From the NCBI RefSeq assembly GCF_041146345.1, contig NW_027191402.1:558001-622000 (forward strand): 64,000 nt of DNA, read 5' to 3'. A program made the translations under genes and the position numbers. The notes beneath the pieces are model-generated. The model ran no database searches. It was not told where the DNA came from and saw only the letters and a program-made list of their open reading frames with translations. The stretch's first letter is position 1; every line of letters starts with the position of its first letter. This document shows, piece by piece, positions 13,815 to 24,701 of this stretch. This DNA is from Neodothiora populina. Lineage: Eukaryota.

Positions 13815-15452
13815 TTCGTGCAGTGACTTTCGACAAGAAAACCACCTTAAGACCCAAGTCAATTTGCTACGACGTGGAGTGCAACGGACAGTGTTTAGAT
13901 GAACAGAAAGACATTGAGCTAAGACACATCAAAGATCAAGTATCGAGTTGATGCTCCCGCCGCCCCATTAAGGTAGTGACGTATTGTGGAGACTTCGCGC
14001 AGACCATGTGAATCTTGCCGATCCTTGAGCCGCTTCAAGGTTCTGGAGTCCGGGCTGACGCCCCGATCCATGGTCATAGGCCTGATTGAACTTGCACGCT
14101 ATCTCGTATACAAGCCGGGTGGCTTTGGCTTGAGTAAGGTAAAATACCTGTCTGCTCATCTGGAGGCGGTGATGCTGGTAGTTTGTTGAGATTGTAGCTT
14201 CCATCGCCAAGGTATAGCCCACTTCTTTGCCCGTTATGTATCATGTTGTCAGGGCTTCAGGTTCTAAACATTCCAAGCAGAGGACAAGTCATCTCGTTAT
14301 GGTCGAAGATGTTGAACGAGTCCAATTCGATTACAGCACTGATTTCAAAGCACACCTCAATAGATCCCATGCGCCTGGATGCCAGTATTACACCCGCACT
14401 TACACTTTTGGTCCTTCGTAGTTCGATTATGGCGCGCGGGGAAGATACCACGACGAACGGACTGCATCATCCTCCACGTTAATCTTGCACGAATCCTACG
14501 GTTGAAAGTGGCCTTGGTGTTCCAGACCGGTTTGCATAGGACGCGACATGGACGAAGACCTACTAGCATCGCACACCATGCAGTCAGACTCGTGGTCTTC
14601 GTCGCTCTGTCCAAGTGTACGTTAGCTTATAGTGGCGCCAATGTGATCTACCAGTAAGACCGTCGATCGTCGTTACGTCGAGCGCAGTTGAGGTTGGCGT
14701 GTAAATCAATAAATTTATCCAGCGTGGAAGGGAGATCACAGTCCCACAAGTACCGCGGGACCACGCTACGCACAAGATGGCATGGATTTGGCTGATGTGA
14801 TAGGCTACTGCTACGCTATGCTACTGTAATTCTTATGCACTTTGGTAAAACTGCATGTTGCAAAGGATACTTCATGCGAGGTGTGATGCTTTGTAGCTTG
14901 ATATTCTTTAGCGTGGCGTACGCAGTGTGCCGCACCATGTCTGAACGACGGGAAGAGACAGGGTGGCTCTGTTGGAATCCAGGTGACCGTCATGACTAGG
15001 TACCTACTTACTGTAGGCACCACTGTACAAGTGTGTGGCGAACATGAGGAAGCTGACACGGTTCGCGCAAATGCAGTAGATGGACTGAGATACACCGAGA
15101 CAGCGAGATCCAGGACAACACTGTGATCTCAGTGTGAAATAATTCGTCTTAGAAGATATATATCACTGCTGTGGCAAGAGAGAGCGGACTGCAAACCACT
15201 ACCACTTCATGCATGAAAGCAGAGTAGCCCGGATAAACGTCGGAATCTTGGCAGCAGCTGCGGTAGAGGCGAAGCTTCGAACCTCCCAGTGGCAGATGGA
15301 GATGGAAGGAACGCGGTTCCTGAATCTTTGATAGACCATCCAGGCAGCGCATACGTAGTCCCTTCTCTACGTCTGTTGCACGCCATCAAGGTCGTTCTTT
15401 TCTTGACACTTCTCCGTGTTCCTCTAATCGAACACTCACAACAACCGCCAAG

Positions 15453-18400
15453 ATGGGGGACAATCAAGATGCCAACCGGCTCAACCAGTACAAGTATTCG
15501 GCCATGTCCAACCTGGTTCTCCAGGCGGACCGCCGATTCGTCACGCGCCGGGGTGATGAGAACACTGGCGACCCAGAGTCGCTTGCTGGACGTATCAAGC
15601 TCAATGAGATGGGATCGCGCACAGCAAGAGAGACGGCACCGGTAGCTCCCTCCTCCCAGGACCCGCAGAGGAAGCGCAAGCGAACAGAACCTCTTCAGTC
15701 ATCGCGATCCGCAGGCATCCTGTCACAGAACGATTTAAATATCGAAGGACTACGATATCGTCCACGCACACCAGCAACTCAAAACATCTATAATCTCATC
15801 AGCACGTTGGTGGGCCAGAAAATGGGTGGCGATTATGGTCTACACATCACTGCCAGTGCCACCGACAGCATTCTTGAGTATCTCAAAGACCCAGCTCTGA
15901 AGGACTTCGACCGCAAAAGAGAGATTGACGACATCGTGGGTGCATCATTAACATCCAAGGAATTCAACGAACTAGTGAACTTGGGTAAGAAGATCACCGA
16001 TTACGATGCGCAGGATGAAGATGAGAGCATGGGAGAAGGCGATGAGGCTGGCGACGGTGTAGATATAGATGAGCGCCAAGGTGTTGCCGTGGACTTCGGC
16101 GATGAGGAAGACGAGGATGCACAAAATTACGAAGTCAGAGATCGCGACGAAGACTCAGAGGACGACGCGGGATCCATTCAGGACGCTGGAGAAACTACTG
16201 GAGTTGGCGCTGATACAGCAGCGAACGGCAACGCACAAAACGACGATGACGAAGAGGAAGAAATGGTGTTCGCCGCTGGCCAAGCCGGACGAATTAAGGC
16301 ACCTGATCAGCAGGGCATCATTCCGGCGCACGAGATCGATGCCTTCTGGCTCCAGCGTCAAATTGGCGCCATCTATGAGGATGCGCATGTACAACAGGAA
16401 AAGACACAATCAGCTCTAGACATCATGTCTGCATTGAACGATGATGGAGAAGAAAAACAACTGCGCGACGTGGAGAACGATTTGATGGAGTTGTTTGACT
16501 ACGAGCACCATGAGCTGGTCTCAAAGCTTGTTTTGAATCGCGACAGGATTGTCTGGCTTACCCGCTGGCGTAGAGCGGCCGAGGACGAGCCCGCTCGCGT
16601 AGCTGTCGAGCGAGAAATGGTCTCAGCTGGACATGGTCACATTCTGAAAGAACTACGGACTCGTGAGCAAGGGAACGCCGATAGCTCAAGCAAAAGCAAG
16701 ATGCAGTTTGACCTGATGGATTTGGACACGGCAAAGTCGAAGCCTGAGGCGCAAGAAACCAAAGACGGCCTCGTTGGTGGTCTGCAACCCAGTAGACTTA
16801 TCAATCTCGAAAATCTTGTCTTTGACCAAGGCAATCACTTGATGACCAACCCCAACGTCAAACTCCCTCAAGGATCGACCAAGCGTTCTTTCAAGGGTTA
16901 CGAGGAAATCCATGTCCCAGCTCCTGTCCGCAAGCGTGGAGATTTCGAAACACCAAACCTACCCACTACCGAACTACCCGAATGGGCGCGAGTCGGTTTT
17001 GGTAGCTCGAAGGAGCTTAATCGCATCCAGACTCGATGTTTCCCTGCCGCCTTTAGGGACGATGGAAACATGCTTGTTTGCGCACCGACGGGCTCGGGTA
17101 AAACCAACGTGGCCATGCTCACGATCCTACGCGAGATTGGCAAGCATCGCGATCCGGAGACTGGAGCTATCGATCTGGACGCTTTCAAAATCATTTTCAT
17201 CGCCCCCTTGAAAGCCCTGGTACAAGAGCAAGTGGGCAACTTTGGCAAGAGATTGGAGCCCTATGGCATCAAGGTCGCCGAATTGACAGGTGATAGACAA
17301 CTTACCAAACAGCAAATAGCAGAGACACAGGTCATCGTCACGACGCCTGAGAAATGGGATGTCATTACCCGCAAAGCCACCGACACAAGCTACACAAATC
17401 TAGTGCGGCTCATTTGCATCGACGAAATTCATTTGTTGCACGACGATCGAGGCCCAGTTCTGGAGAGCATCGTGAGCAGGACCATCCGAAAGATCGAGCA
17501 GACTGGAGATCCTGTGCGATTGGTTGGTCTCAGTGCTACTCTACCAAATTACCGCGATGTGGCTAGCTTCCTCCGAGTGGATCCAACGAAAGGATTGTTT
17601 CATTTCGATGGCACCTACAGACCTTGCCCACTGAAGCAAGAGTTCATCGGTGTGACTGAGAAGAAGGCTATCAAGCAGCTCAAGACTATGAATGACGTCT
17701 GTTACACCAAAGTGCTGGAACAAGTTGGACAGCAACGTAACCAAATGCTCATCTTCGTTCACTCACGCAAGGAGACGGCAAAGACGGCAAAGTACATTCG
17801 CGATAAAGCTTTGGAGACCGAGACAATCGGCCAAATCCTCAAGCATGACGCGGCAAGTCGAGAAATTCTAACCGAAGAGGCCGAGAGTGTCACCAACGCT
17901 GACCTGAAGGATCTCTTGCCTTATGGATTTGGTATCCATCATGCCGGTATGAGTCGCGCGGACCGAAATTCTGTAGAAGAGCTCTTTGCCTCTGGCGATG
18001 TTCAGGTTTTGGTGTGCACTGCCACCTTGGCATGGGGTGTGAATCTTCCCGCTCATACAGTCATCATCAAGGGTACACAGATCTACTCCCCGGAAAAGGG
18101 TAGCTGGGTGGAGCTCTCCCCACAGGATGTTCTCCAGATGCTTGGTCGTGCTGGAAGACCGCAATACGATACGTACGGCGAGGGCATCATCATCACCACT
18201 CAAACCGAGATCCAGTATTACCTCTCACTCCTGAATCAGCAACTACCCATCGAGAGTCAGTTTGTTAGTAAACTAGCAGACAATCTCAATGCTGAGGTTG
18301 TTCTCGGAAGCATTCGTAACCGAGACGATGGCGTGGAATGGCTTGGCTACACATATCTATTCGTGCGAATGTTGAGATCGCCAGCATTGTACCAAGTGGG

Positions 18401-21400
18401 AGCGGATTATGAAGAAGATGAGACATTGGAACAGAAAAGAGTGGATCTCATACATGCTGCCGCCGTCACTTTGGAGAAAGCGAACCTTGTGAAATACGAC
18501 AAGCGCTCAGGTCGCATACAGTCTACCGAACTGGGCCGTATCGCCTCTCATTACTACATCACACACAACTCCATGGCGACATATAACCAACACATTCAGC
18601 CGTCCATCACACCGATTGAGCTCTTCCGCGTCTTCGCACTGAGTGAAGAATTCAAGTATATCCCGGTCCGTCAGGACGAGAAGCTCGAGCTTGCGAAGCT
18701 ACTAGGTAGAGTACCTATTCCGGTCAAGGAAACGCTTGACGAACCGCATTGCAAGATCAATGTCTTACTGCAGGCGTACATCTCTCGTCTCAAGTTGGAT
18801 GGTCTCGCATTAATGGCCGACCTTGTCTACGTAACGCAGTCCGCTGGGCGTATCCTTAGGGCCATCTTCGAGATTGCATTGAAGAAGGGCTGGGCTTCTG
18901 TGGCGAAAGATGCCCTCAACCTCTGCAAGACGGCCGAGAAGCGCATGTGGCCCACTATGAGTCCTCTGAGGCAGTTCCCCGAATGCTCAGCAGACATCAT
19001 TCGTAAAGCTGAGCGCATTGACGTCCCGTGGCCAAGCTATTTCGATCTGGACCCTCCACGGATGGGAGAGCTCCTTGGCCTACCCAAAGCCGGTAGACAG
19101 GTTTGCGCAATGGTGCAAAAGTTCCCTCGCCTCGAGGTGCAGGCTCAAGTTCAGCCCATGACTCGCTCAATGCTCCGGGTAGAGCTAACTATCACTCCAA
19201 AGTTCGAGTGGGATGAGGCTTTGCACGGCAAGTCAGAGAGCTTCTGGATTTTGGTAGAGGACTGCGACGGCGAAGACATTCTCTTCCATGACCAGTTCTT
19301 GCTTCGTAAAGAATACGCCACTGCTGAGATGAATGAGCATCTCGTAGAATTCACCGTACCTATCACAGAGCCCATGCCGCCTAACTACTTTATCACTGTC
19401 TTGTCCGACAGGTGGATGCATTCTGAGGCACGTCTGGCGGTATCTTTCCAGAAGCTTGTTCTGCCGGAAAAGTTCCCTCCTCACACTCCCCTACTCGATC
19501 TCCAACCTCTGACTACTGCGGCTCTGAAGCGTCAAGATTTCATCGATCTTTATCCTGACTGGCAGCGATTCAACAAGATACAGACACAAGTTTTCAATTC
19601 ATTGTACACTACTGACGAGAACGTCTTTGTTGGTGCTCCAACCGGAAGTGGCAAAACTGTATGCGCAGAGTTTGCCTTGCTGCGTCACTGGACCGACGGA
19701 CCTACTGGAAAAGCCGTGTACATCGCCCCATTCCAAGAGGCCATCGACGCGCGAGCTAAAGACTGGCAGACCAGGTTGAGCGGACTTTTGGGTGGCAAAA
19801 GTATCGTAAAATTGGTTGGAGAGACCACAGCCGATCTGAAGCTATTGGAGGAGGGTGATCTGATTCTCGCAACGCCTCAACAATGGGACATGATGTCGCG
19901 GATGTGGCAGCGCAGGAAGAATGTCCAGAACGTTACGCTCGTTATCGCCGATGACCTGCATATGCTAGGAGGCTCCGGAGGCTATATCTACGAGACCGTA
20001 GTGTCCAGGGCGCACGCTATCAGCAAACAATTGGAGAACGGCCTTCGTATTGTCGGACTGAGTGTCTCTCTTGCCAACGCACGTGATCTTGGAGAATGGT
20101 TCGGCGCAAGCAAGCACACAATCTTCAACTTCAGTCCTCATGTGCGACCTACACCACTTGAGCTACACCTCCAGTCTTTCACCATTCCTCACTTCCCATC
20201 CTTGATGCTTGCAATGGCTAAGCCAATGTACCAGTCAATCTTACAGCTTGCAGGAGACAAGCCTGCCATGGTATTCGTTCCCAGTAGGAAGCAAGTACGC
20301 GCCTCAGCTCTCGATTTGCTTGCTGCATGTACCTCGGATGATCAAGAGGATCGATTCTTGCACACTGATGCGGAGTCTCTAGCGCCTGTGCTTGAGAAGA
20401 TTAACGAACGGGCGCTGGCCGAATCTCTGGCTCACGGCATTGGATACTTCCACGAAGCACTTAGTGCATTCGACAAGCGAGCAGTGGAGCACTTCTTTAA
20501 GGCTGGCGCAATCCAAGTAATGTTGGTCTCGAGGGATTGCTGCTGGGAGATCCAGTCACAAGCACATCTCGTCGTCATCATGGGTACTCAGTTCTTCGAA
20601 GGTCGCGAACATCGCTACATCGATTACCCCATCAGTGAGATTCTCCAAATGCTTGGTAAAGCTGGTCGATCTCTAGAAGACACGAGATCGCGCGGAGTAC
20701 TCATGTGCCCTGCTGTCAAGAGAGACTACTACAAGAAGTTCTTGAACGAGGCACTTCCTGTTGAGAGTCAGCTCCAGGCCTTCTTGCATGATGTGTTTGT
20801 CACGGAAATCAGCACAAAGACGATCGAGGATAGTCAGGACGCCATCAATTGGTTCACCTACACATACTTCTATCGACGACTGATGGCAAATCCCAGTTTC
20901 TATGGTCTGATAGATACGTCACAGGATGGATTCAATATTCACCTTTCTGAGCTCATCGAATCCACGCTCAAGGAGTTGAGCGATGCAAACATGATCGAAG
21001 TTGACGAAGAGGATGAATCCATCACGCCACTCAACGCCGCAATGATTGCAGGTTACTACAGCATCTCCTTCATCACCATGCAAACCTTCCTGCTTTCTCT
21101 CAAGAGGACAACTAAGCTGAAGGGTATCTTGGAGATTGTTGCAGCTGCTACAGAGTTTGAGGATATTCAAACCCGCCGTCACGAAGAGCGAATACTGCAG
21201 CGTATTTACGACCGCGTCCCCGTCAAGTCGGCAGAGGCCAACTTCGAATCGCCGCACTTCAAGGCTTATCTTCTTCTCCAGGCCCATTTCTCCCGCATGC
21301 AGCTCCCTATGGATCTTGCAAAGGACCAAGAGATTGTCCTGAAAAAGGTCCTGACCTTGTTGAGTGCCTGCGTTGATGTCCTATCCTCAGAGGCGCACCT

Positions 21401-22046
21401 GAACGCCATGAGTGCCATGGAAATGAGCCAAATGGTCGTGCAAAGCATGTGGGACCGCGACTCTCCGCTGGTACAGATCCCCCATTTCGACGCCGATGTG
21501 GTACAAGCAGTCAACAAAGCCGGCATCAACGACATCTTCGAATTCATGGACGCCATGGACCCCTCAGAGAACCCGAACTACAACGATCTCGTGAAGAGCA
21601 TGGGTCTCAGCAACCAGCAACTGGCTGACGCCGCCCGATTCACCAATGAGCGCTACCCCACCCTCGAGCTCACTTTCGAACTCGAGGATGCAGACAATGT
21701 CACCTCTGGCGAACCTAGCACTATCAACGTGCGCATCGAACGCGATGTGGAAGAGGACGAGGAGCCAAACCTCACTGTGCACGCACCTTTCTACCCTGCA
21801 GAGAAGAGCGAGAATTGGTGGCTGATCGTTGGCGAGGAGAGCACCAAGAGTCTGCTCGGCATCAAGCGAGTGACCATCGGACGGGAGTTGAAGCTTCGCA
21901 TGGACTTCACCGTGCCAACACCCGGCAAGCACGACTTGACGCTGTTCTTGATGAGTGACTCTTACGTTGGTGTGGATCAAGCTCCTACCTTCACTGTCGA
22001 TGCTGCAGAGGGTATGGAAGAGGATGAGGACGAGGAAGAAGAATGA
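15453..22046 (+). CDS. BRR2: U5 snRNP 200 kDa Ski2-like RNA helicase Brr2
   Basis: Single 2197-aa ORF starting QYKYSAMSNLVLQADRRF. Two helicase cassettes (APTGSGKT/DEIH/QMLGRAGRPQ and APTGSGKT/DDLH), each followed by a Sec63 unit. Confidence 0.98.
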   Translation: MGDNQDANRLNQYKYSAMSNLVLQADRRFVTRRGDENTGDPESLAGRIKLNEMGSRTARETAPVAPSSQDPQRKRKRTEPLQSSRSAGILSQNDLNIEGLRYRPRTPATQNIYNLISTLVGQKMGGDYGLHITASATDSILEYLKDPALKDFDRKREIDDIVGASLTSKEFNELVNLGKKITDYDAQDEDESMGEGDEAGDGVDIDERQGVAVDFGDEEDEDAQNYEVRDRDEDSEDDAGSIQDAGETTGVGADTAANGNAQNDDDEEEEMVFAAGQAGRIKAPDQQGIIPAHEIDAFWLQRQIGAIYEDAHVQQEKTQSALDIMSALNDDGEEKQLRDVENDLMELFDYEHHELVSKLVLNRDRIVWLTRWRRAAEDEPARVAVEREMVSAGHGHILKELRTREQGNADSSSKSKMQFDLMDLDTAKSKPEAQETKDGLVGGLQPSRLINLENLVFDQGNHLMTNPNVKLPQGSTKRSFKGYEEIHVPAPVRKRGDFETPNLPTTELPEWARVGFGSSKELNRIQTRCFPAAFRDDGNMLVCAPTGSGKTNVAMLTILREIGKHRDPETGAIDLDAFKIIFIAPLKALVQEQVGNFGKRLEPYGIKVAELTGDRQLTKQQIAETQVIVTTPEKWDVITRKATDTSYTNLVRLICIDEIHLLHDDRGPVLESIVSRTIRKIEQTGDPVRLVGLSATLPNYRDVASFLRVDPTKGLFHFDGTYRPCPLKQEFIGVTEKKAIKQLKTMNDVCYTKVLEQVGQQRNQMLIFVHSRKETAKTAKYIRDKALETETIGQILKHDAASREILTEEAESVTNADLKDLLPYGFGIHHAGMSRADRNSVEELFASGDVQVLVCTATLAWGVNLPAHTVIIKGTQIYSPEKGSWVELSPQDVLQMLGRAGRPQYDTYGEGIIITTQTEIQYYLSLLNQQLPIESQFVSKLADNLNAEVVLGSIRNRDDGVEWLGYTYLFVRMLRSPALYQVGADYEEDETLEQKRVDLIHAAAVTLEKANLVKYDKRSGRIQSTELGRIASHYYITHNSMATYNQHIQPSITPIELFRVFALSEEFKYIPVRQDEKLELAKLLGRVPIPVKETLDEPHCKINVLLQAYISRLKLDGLALMADLVYVTQSAGRILRAIFEIALKKGWASVAKDALNLCKTAEKRMWPTMSPLRQFPECSADIIRKAERIDVPWPSYFDLDPPRMGELLGLPKAGRQVCAMVQKFPRLEVQAQVQPMTRSMLRVELTITPKFEWDEALHGKSESFWILVEDCDGEDILFHDQFLLRKEYATAEMNEHLVEFTVPITEPMPPNYFITVLSDRWMHSEARLAVSFQKLVLPEKFPPHTPLLDLQPLTTAALKRQDFIDLYPDWQRFNKIQTQVFNSLYTTDENVFVGAPTGSGKTVCAEFALLRHWTDGPTGKAVYIAPFQEAIDARAKDWQTRLSGLLGGKSIVKLVGETTADLKLLEEGDLILATPQQWDMMSRMWQRRKNVQNVTLVIADDLHMLGGSGGYIYETVVSRAHAISKQLENGLRIVGLSVSLANARDLGEWFGASKHTIFNFSPHVRPTPLELHLQSFTIPHFPSLMLAMAKPMYQSILQLAGDKPAMVFVPSRKQVRASALDLLAACTSDDQEDRFLHTDAESLAPVLEKINERALAESLAHGIGYFHEALSAFDKRAVEHFFKAGAIQVMLVSRDCCWEIQSQAHLVVIMGTQFFEGREHRYIDYPISEILQMLGKAGRSLEDTRSRGVLMCPAVKRDYYKKFLNEALPVESQLQAFLHDVFVTEISTKTIEDSQDAINWFTYTYFYRRLMANPSFYGLIDTSQDGFNIHLSELIESTLKELSDANMIEVDEEDESITPLNAAMIAGYYSISFITMQTFLLSLKRTTKLKGILEIVAAATEFEDIQTRRHEERILQRIYDRVPVKSAEANFESPHFKAYLLLQAHFSRMQLPMDLAKDQEIVLKKVLTLLSACVDVLSSEAHLNAMSAMEMSQMVVQSMWDRDSPLVQIPHFDADVVQAVNKAGINDIFEFMDAMDPSENPNYNDLVKSMGLSNQQLADAARFTNERYPTLELTFELEDADNVTSGEPSTINVRIERDVEEDEEPNLTVHAPFYPAEKSENWWLIVGEESTKSLLGIKRVTIGRELKLRMDFTVPTPGKHDLTLFLMSDSYVGVDQAPTFTVDAAEGMEEDEDEEEE

Positions 22047-22257
22047 CCAGGTCCAGGATTGATAGAATGAACGAAAAGCACAGATCAGGTCCTCCTTGAA
22101 AATGTAAAAATAGCAATGATAAAAGTCTATTTGACACCGTGTACATGATACTCCCCAGTCAAAGTGACACCTGCAGTGGCGCACCACATACACATAATGA
22201 CCCAAACAAAAGTCTCGCAGTCCAACACGAGCACCTGTAGCTTATCTCCCCCTCGCA

Positions 22258-23213
22258 TCAATGACAAGCCGCGCTTTTCGTAGCACTCGCATTCCCAAAA
22301 ACCAAAAACCCAATGAAAGCGCCAACAGCAACAGCAATCATGACCCAGCCATTATACGTCATGAACAGCAGCATGATGAAAAAGGAATAAAACACCTGAA
22401 GAGCATACAGCGCGGCCTTGACCACTTTGCTTTTCTGCGCCGCTTGCATCGAGTCCCGTCCTGCAGGCCATAGCAATGAGCGTCGTTCTGGATTGTTTTG
22501 TGTTTCTTGTGATTCGTCTTGTGCGCCGCAGGAGGAGGAGTCTTTGGGGAGGGAACAGAGGGAACTTAGCACCGCCGTTTTTGTTCACTTTCGCTCACGG
22601 ATGGTACTGAGATGTGTACATGCGCGTGTTTGCTTCATTGGTTGACAGAAGGACAACAAATGAAATGGATACAATATCGTGATCGTGGATTTCACAGATG
22701 CAGATGAGTTTCAGGGGGAAATATGCCATGTCTCCCGGGTGGTAAGGTAGGATGAATGAATGAGAGTGAATGAGACAGGAAGGAGCTCAAGACTTACTCG
22801 GCAAAGAATCAACCCGATCCTGAATCGCCGTCTCGTAACGACGAGCTAGCTCGCGCACGAGCTCGTACCCAGCAGTCAAGAGGATAATGCCCATCAAAGT
22901 CCCGATCAGGGACAATGTGCCTGTGACTTGCCAGCCGCGGAAGATGATGCATAGGTTCTATGAAGATACGTTGGTCAGAAGACATGGCTTGATGTAATAC
23001 TTGTTGATGAGGAGATGATATATGTTCTCGAGAGAGAGTGTGTGAGAGAGATATGAGGTTTCGCTTACTTTGGTTTCCCATGTGAAGAGCATCTGTATCT
23101 GGTTAGTATCTTGTTGCTCCTTCCCTTGTGTGGATGATGGACGTGTCTCTTACGTTCATACTGCACATGTTGCCGTGGTCCATGCCTCCATGTTTCATGC
23201 CGCTGTGATCCAT
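22258..23213 (-). CDS. CTR2: Ctr-family copper transporter (Ctr2-like)
   Basis: Exons 23213-23154 (MDHSGMKHGGMDHGNMCSMN), 23092-23069 (MLFTWETK), 22957-22798 (NLCIIFRGW...AGYELVRE) and 22541-22258. Has MLLFMTYNG (MxxxM), the AVGAFIG GxxxG motif and a C-terminal ACH. The last acceptor is ambiguous. Confidence 0.9.
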
Positions 23214-23744
23214 GACTGTATGATTGATGGGCAAGTTATTCAAACTCTTTAGATATGCTGAAGGTTGAATGTCGTGGTTATAGACAAAAGGTACAAGGAC
23301 AGGAAAGAGTCCAGACCGTAGCTCCGAGGGTCTAAATGAGTAAACGTCCAAGTAAACGGTACTGTACCTTAGCTTTGGTGGTTCGAGGGTGCGGTGGTTC
23401 CAGCACGGGGATTGAGGCTAAGCACTAGTGGGATCTCATGTGATCTGACTGGCTGCTTTTTGCTTCCTGCCTCACAAGGCCCCTCTGTGCCTAAATATTC
23501 CGGCTCTGTCATAAGAGAAGGGTCCGTTGCTTTGAATTTGTATCTCCCGACTCAGGTCTTCGATCACGGTATCTCCCCCACACAGGACAGCAGCGATCGG
23601 TGGTAGCCGGATATAAGAGTTCGACAAGTCCAGAAGCTTATTCAGATGACGGCACTGTGGTGATTTATTGTAACCATACAAATAGAATCATAAGATAGAA
23701 GAACAAAATATTCGAGTTTTGTCTTTTTCGACCAGATATCCAAG

Positions 23745-24528
23745 ATGCAAGCCTTCCGCCCGGTCTTGAGCAATGTTACTCGCAGGACTTTCACAAAGAG
23801 AGCCACAGCTGCTGTCGCAACCGCATCCATACGTCCGGGTACTATTTCGCAAAGATGCAACTTCTCCAACTCGTCGCCGCGATCGTATCTATCTTTGCCA
23901 CTGAATCTGCCGAAATGGTATGTATAGTTTTCTTGCGTAACTCCTCTGGCTCCATTCAAAAATAAAGGAAAAAGACAGACTTGATTAACACAGCATACTG
24001 TTCTACGCATAATTTAGGCTAGAAACGAACAAACACCTCCTGCAACCCCCAATCAACAACTACTGCGTCTACCAAGACCCCATGACGGTCATGGTCGTAG
24101 GCGGCCCCAATGCGCGCACAGACTATCACATCAACGAGACGCCCGAGTTCTTCTACCAGTACAAGGGCCGCATGCTACTCAAAGTCGTGGACGACGGCGC
24201 CTTCAGAGACATATACATCAACGAGGGCGAACTGTTCCTCCTGCCGAGCAATACGCCGCATAACCCTGTGCGGTTCGCGGACACAGTGGGGATTGTGATT
24301 GAGCAGCCCAGGCCTGAAGGCAGTCTTGATCGGTTGAGATGGTATTGTCAGGGCTGCGGGGAGCAGGTGCATGAGGCTGCGTTTTTCTGTACGGATTTGG
24401 GCTCGCAGATCAAGGAGGCTGTGAATTCCTTCAGGGACAACGAAAAGGATAGGGTTTGTAAGAAGTGTGGCGAGGTTTGTGATGTTTCTCCGAAGCCTGA
24501 GGTCATGGAGAAAATGAGGATGGGTTGA
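23745..24528 (+). CDS. BNA1: 3-hydroxyanthranilate 3,4-dioxygenase (kynurenine route to NAD) with an N-terminal extension
   Basis: Exon 23745-23917 and intron 23918-24017 give [21 protein letters not shown]. Motifs [30 protein letters not shown] and two rubredoxin-like CxxC (CQGC, CKKC). Confidence 0.95.
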
Positions 24529-24701
24529 AGGAATATAGGAGATCATGCGTTGCTGGTCATTGCATGCTCAGCTCGGTACTACGTTTCTAGCCTGAACGTC
24601 ACTCAAGCTAGGCTGGTTCCTTCCGCCATTCCTCCGTTGTCCTTTTGCATCAATACATATACAAATGCAGTGGCGGGAACAAAAATTCTCCACCAGTGCC
24701 C

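Noticed and set aside
13900..15400. Several short ORFs (60-95 aa) upstream of BRR2, one with an F..HL...H pattern
   Set aside because: No recognisable domain or consistent exon chain. Treated as intergenic.
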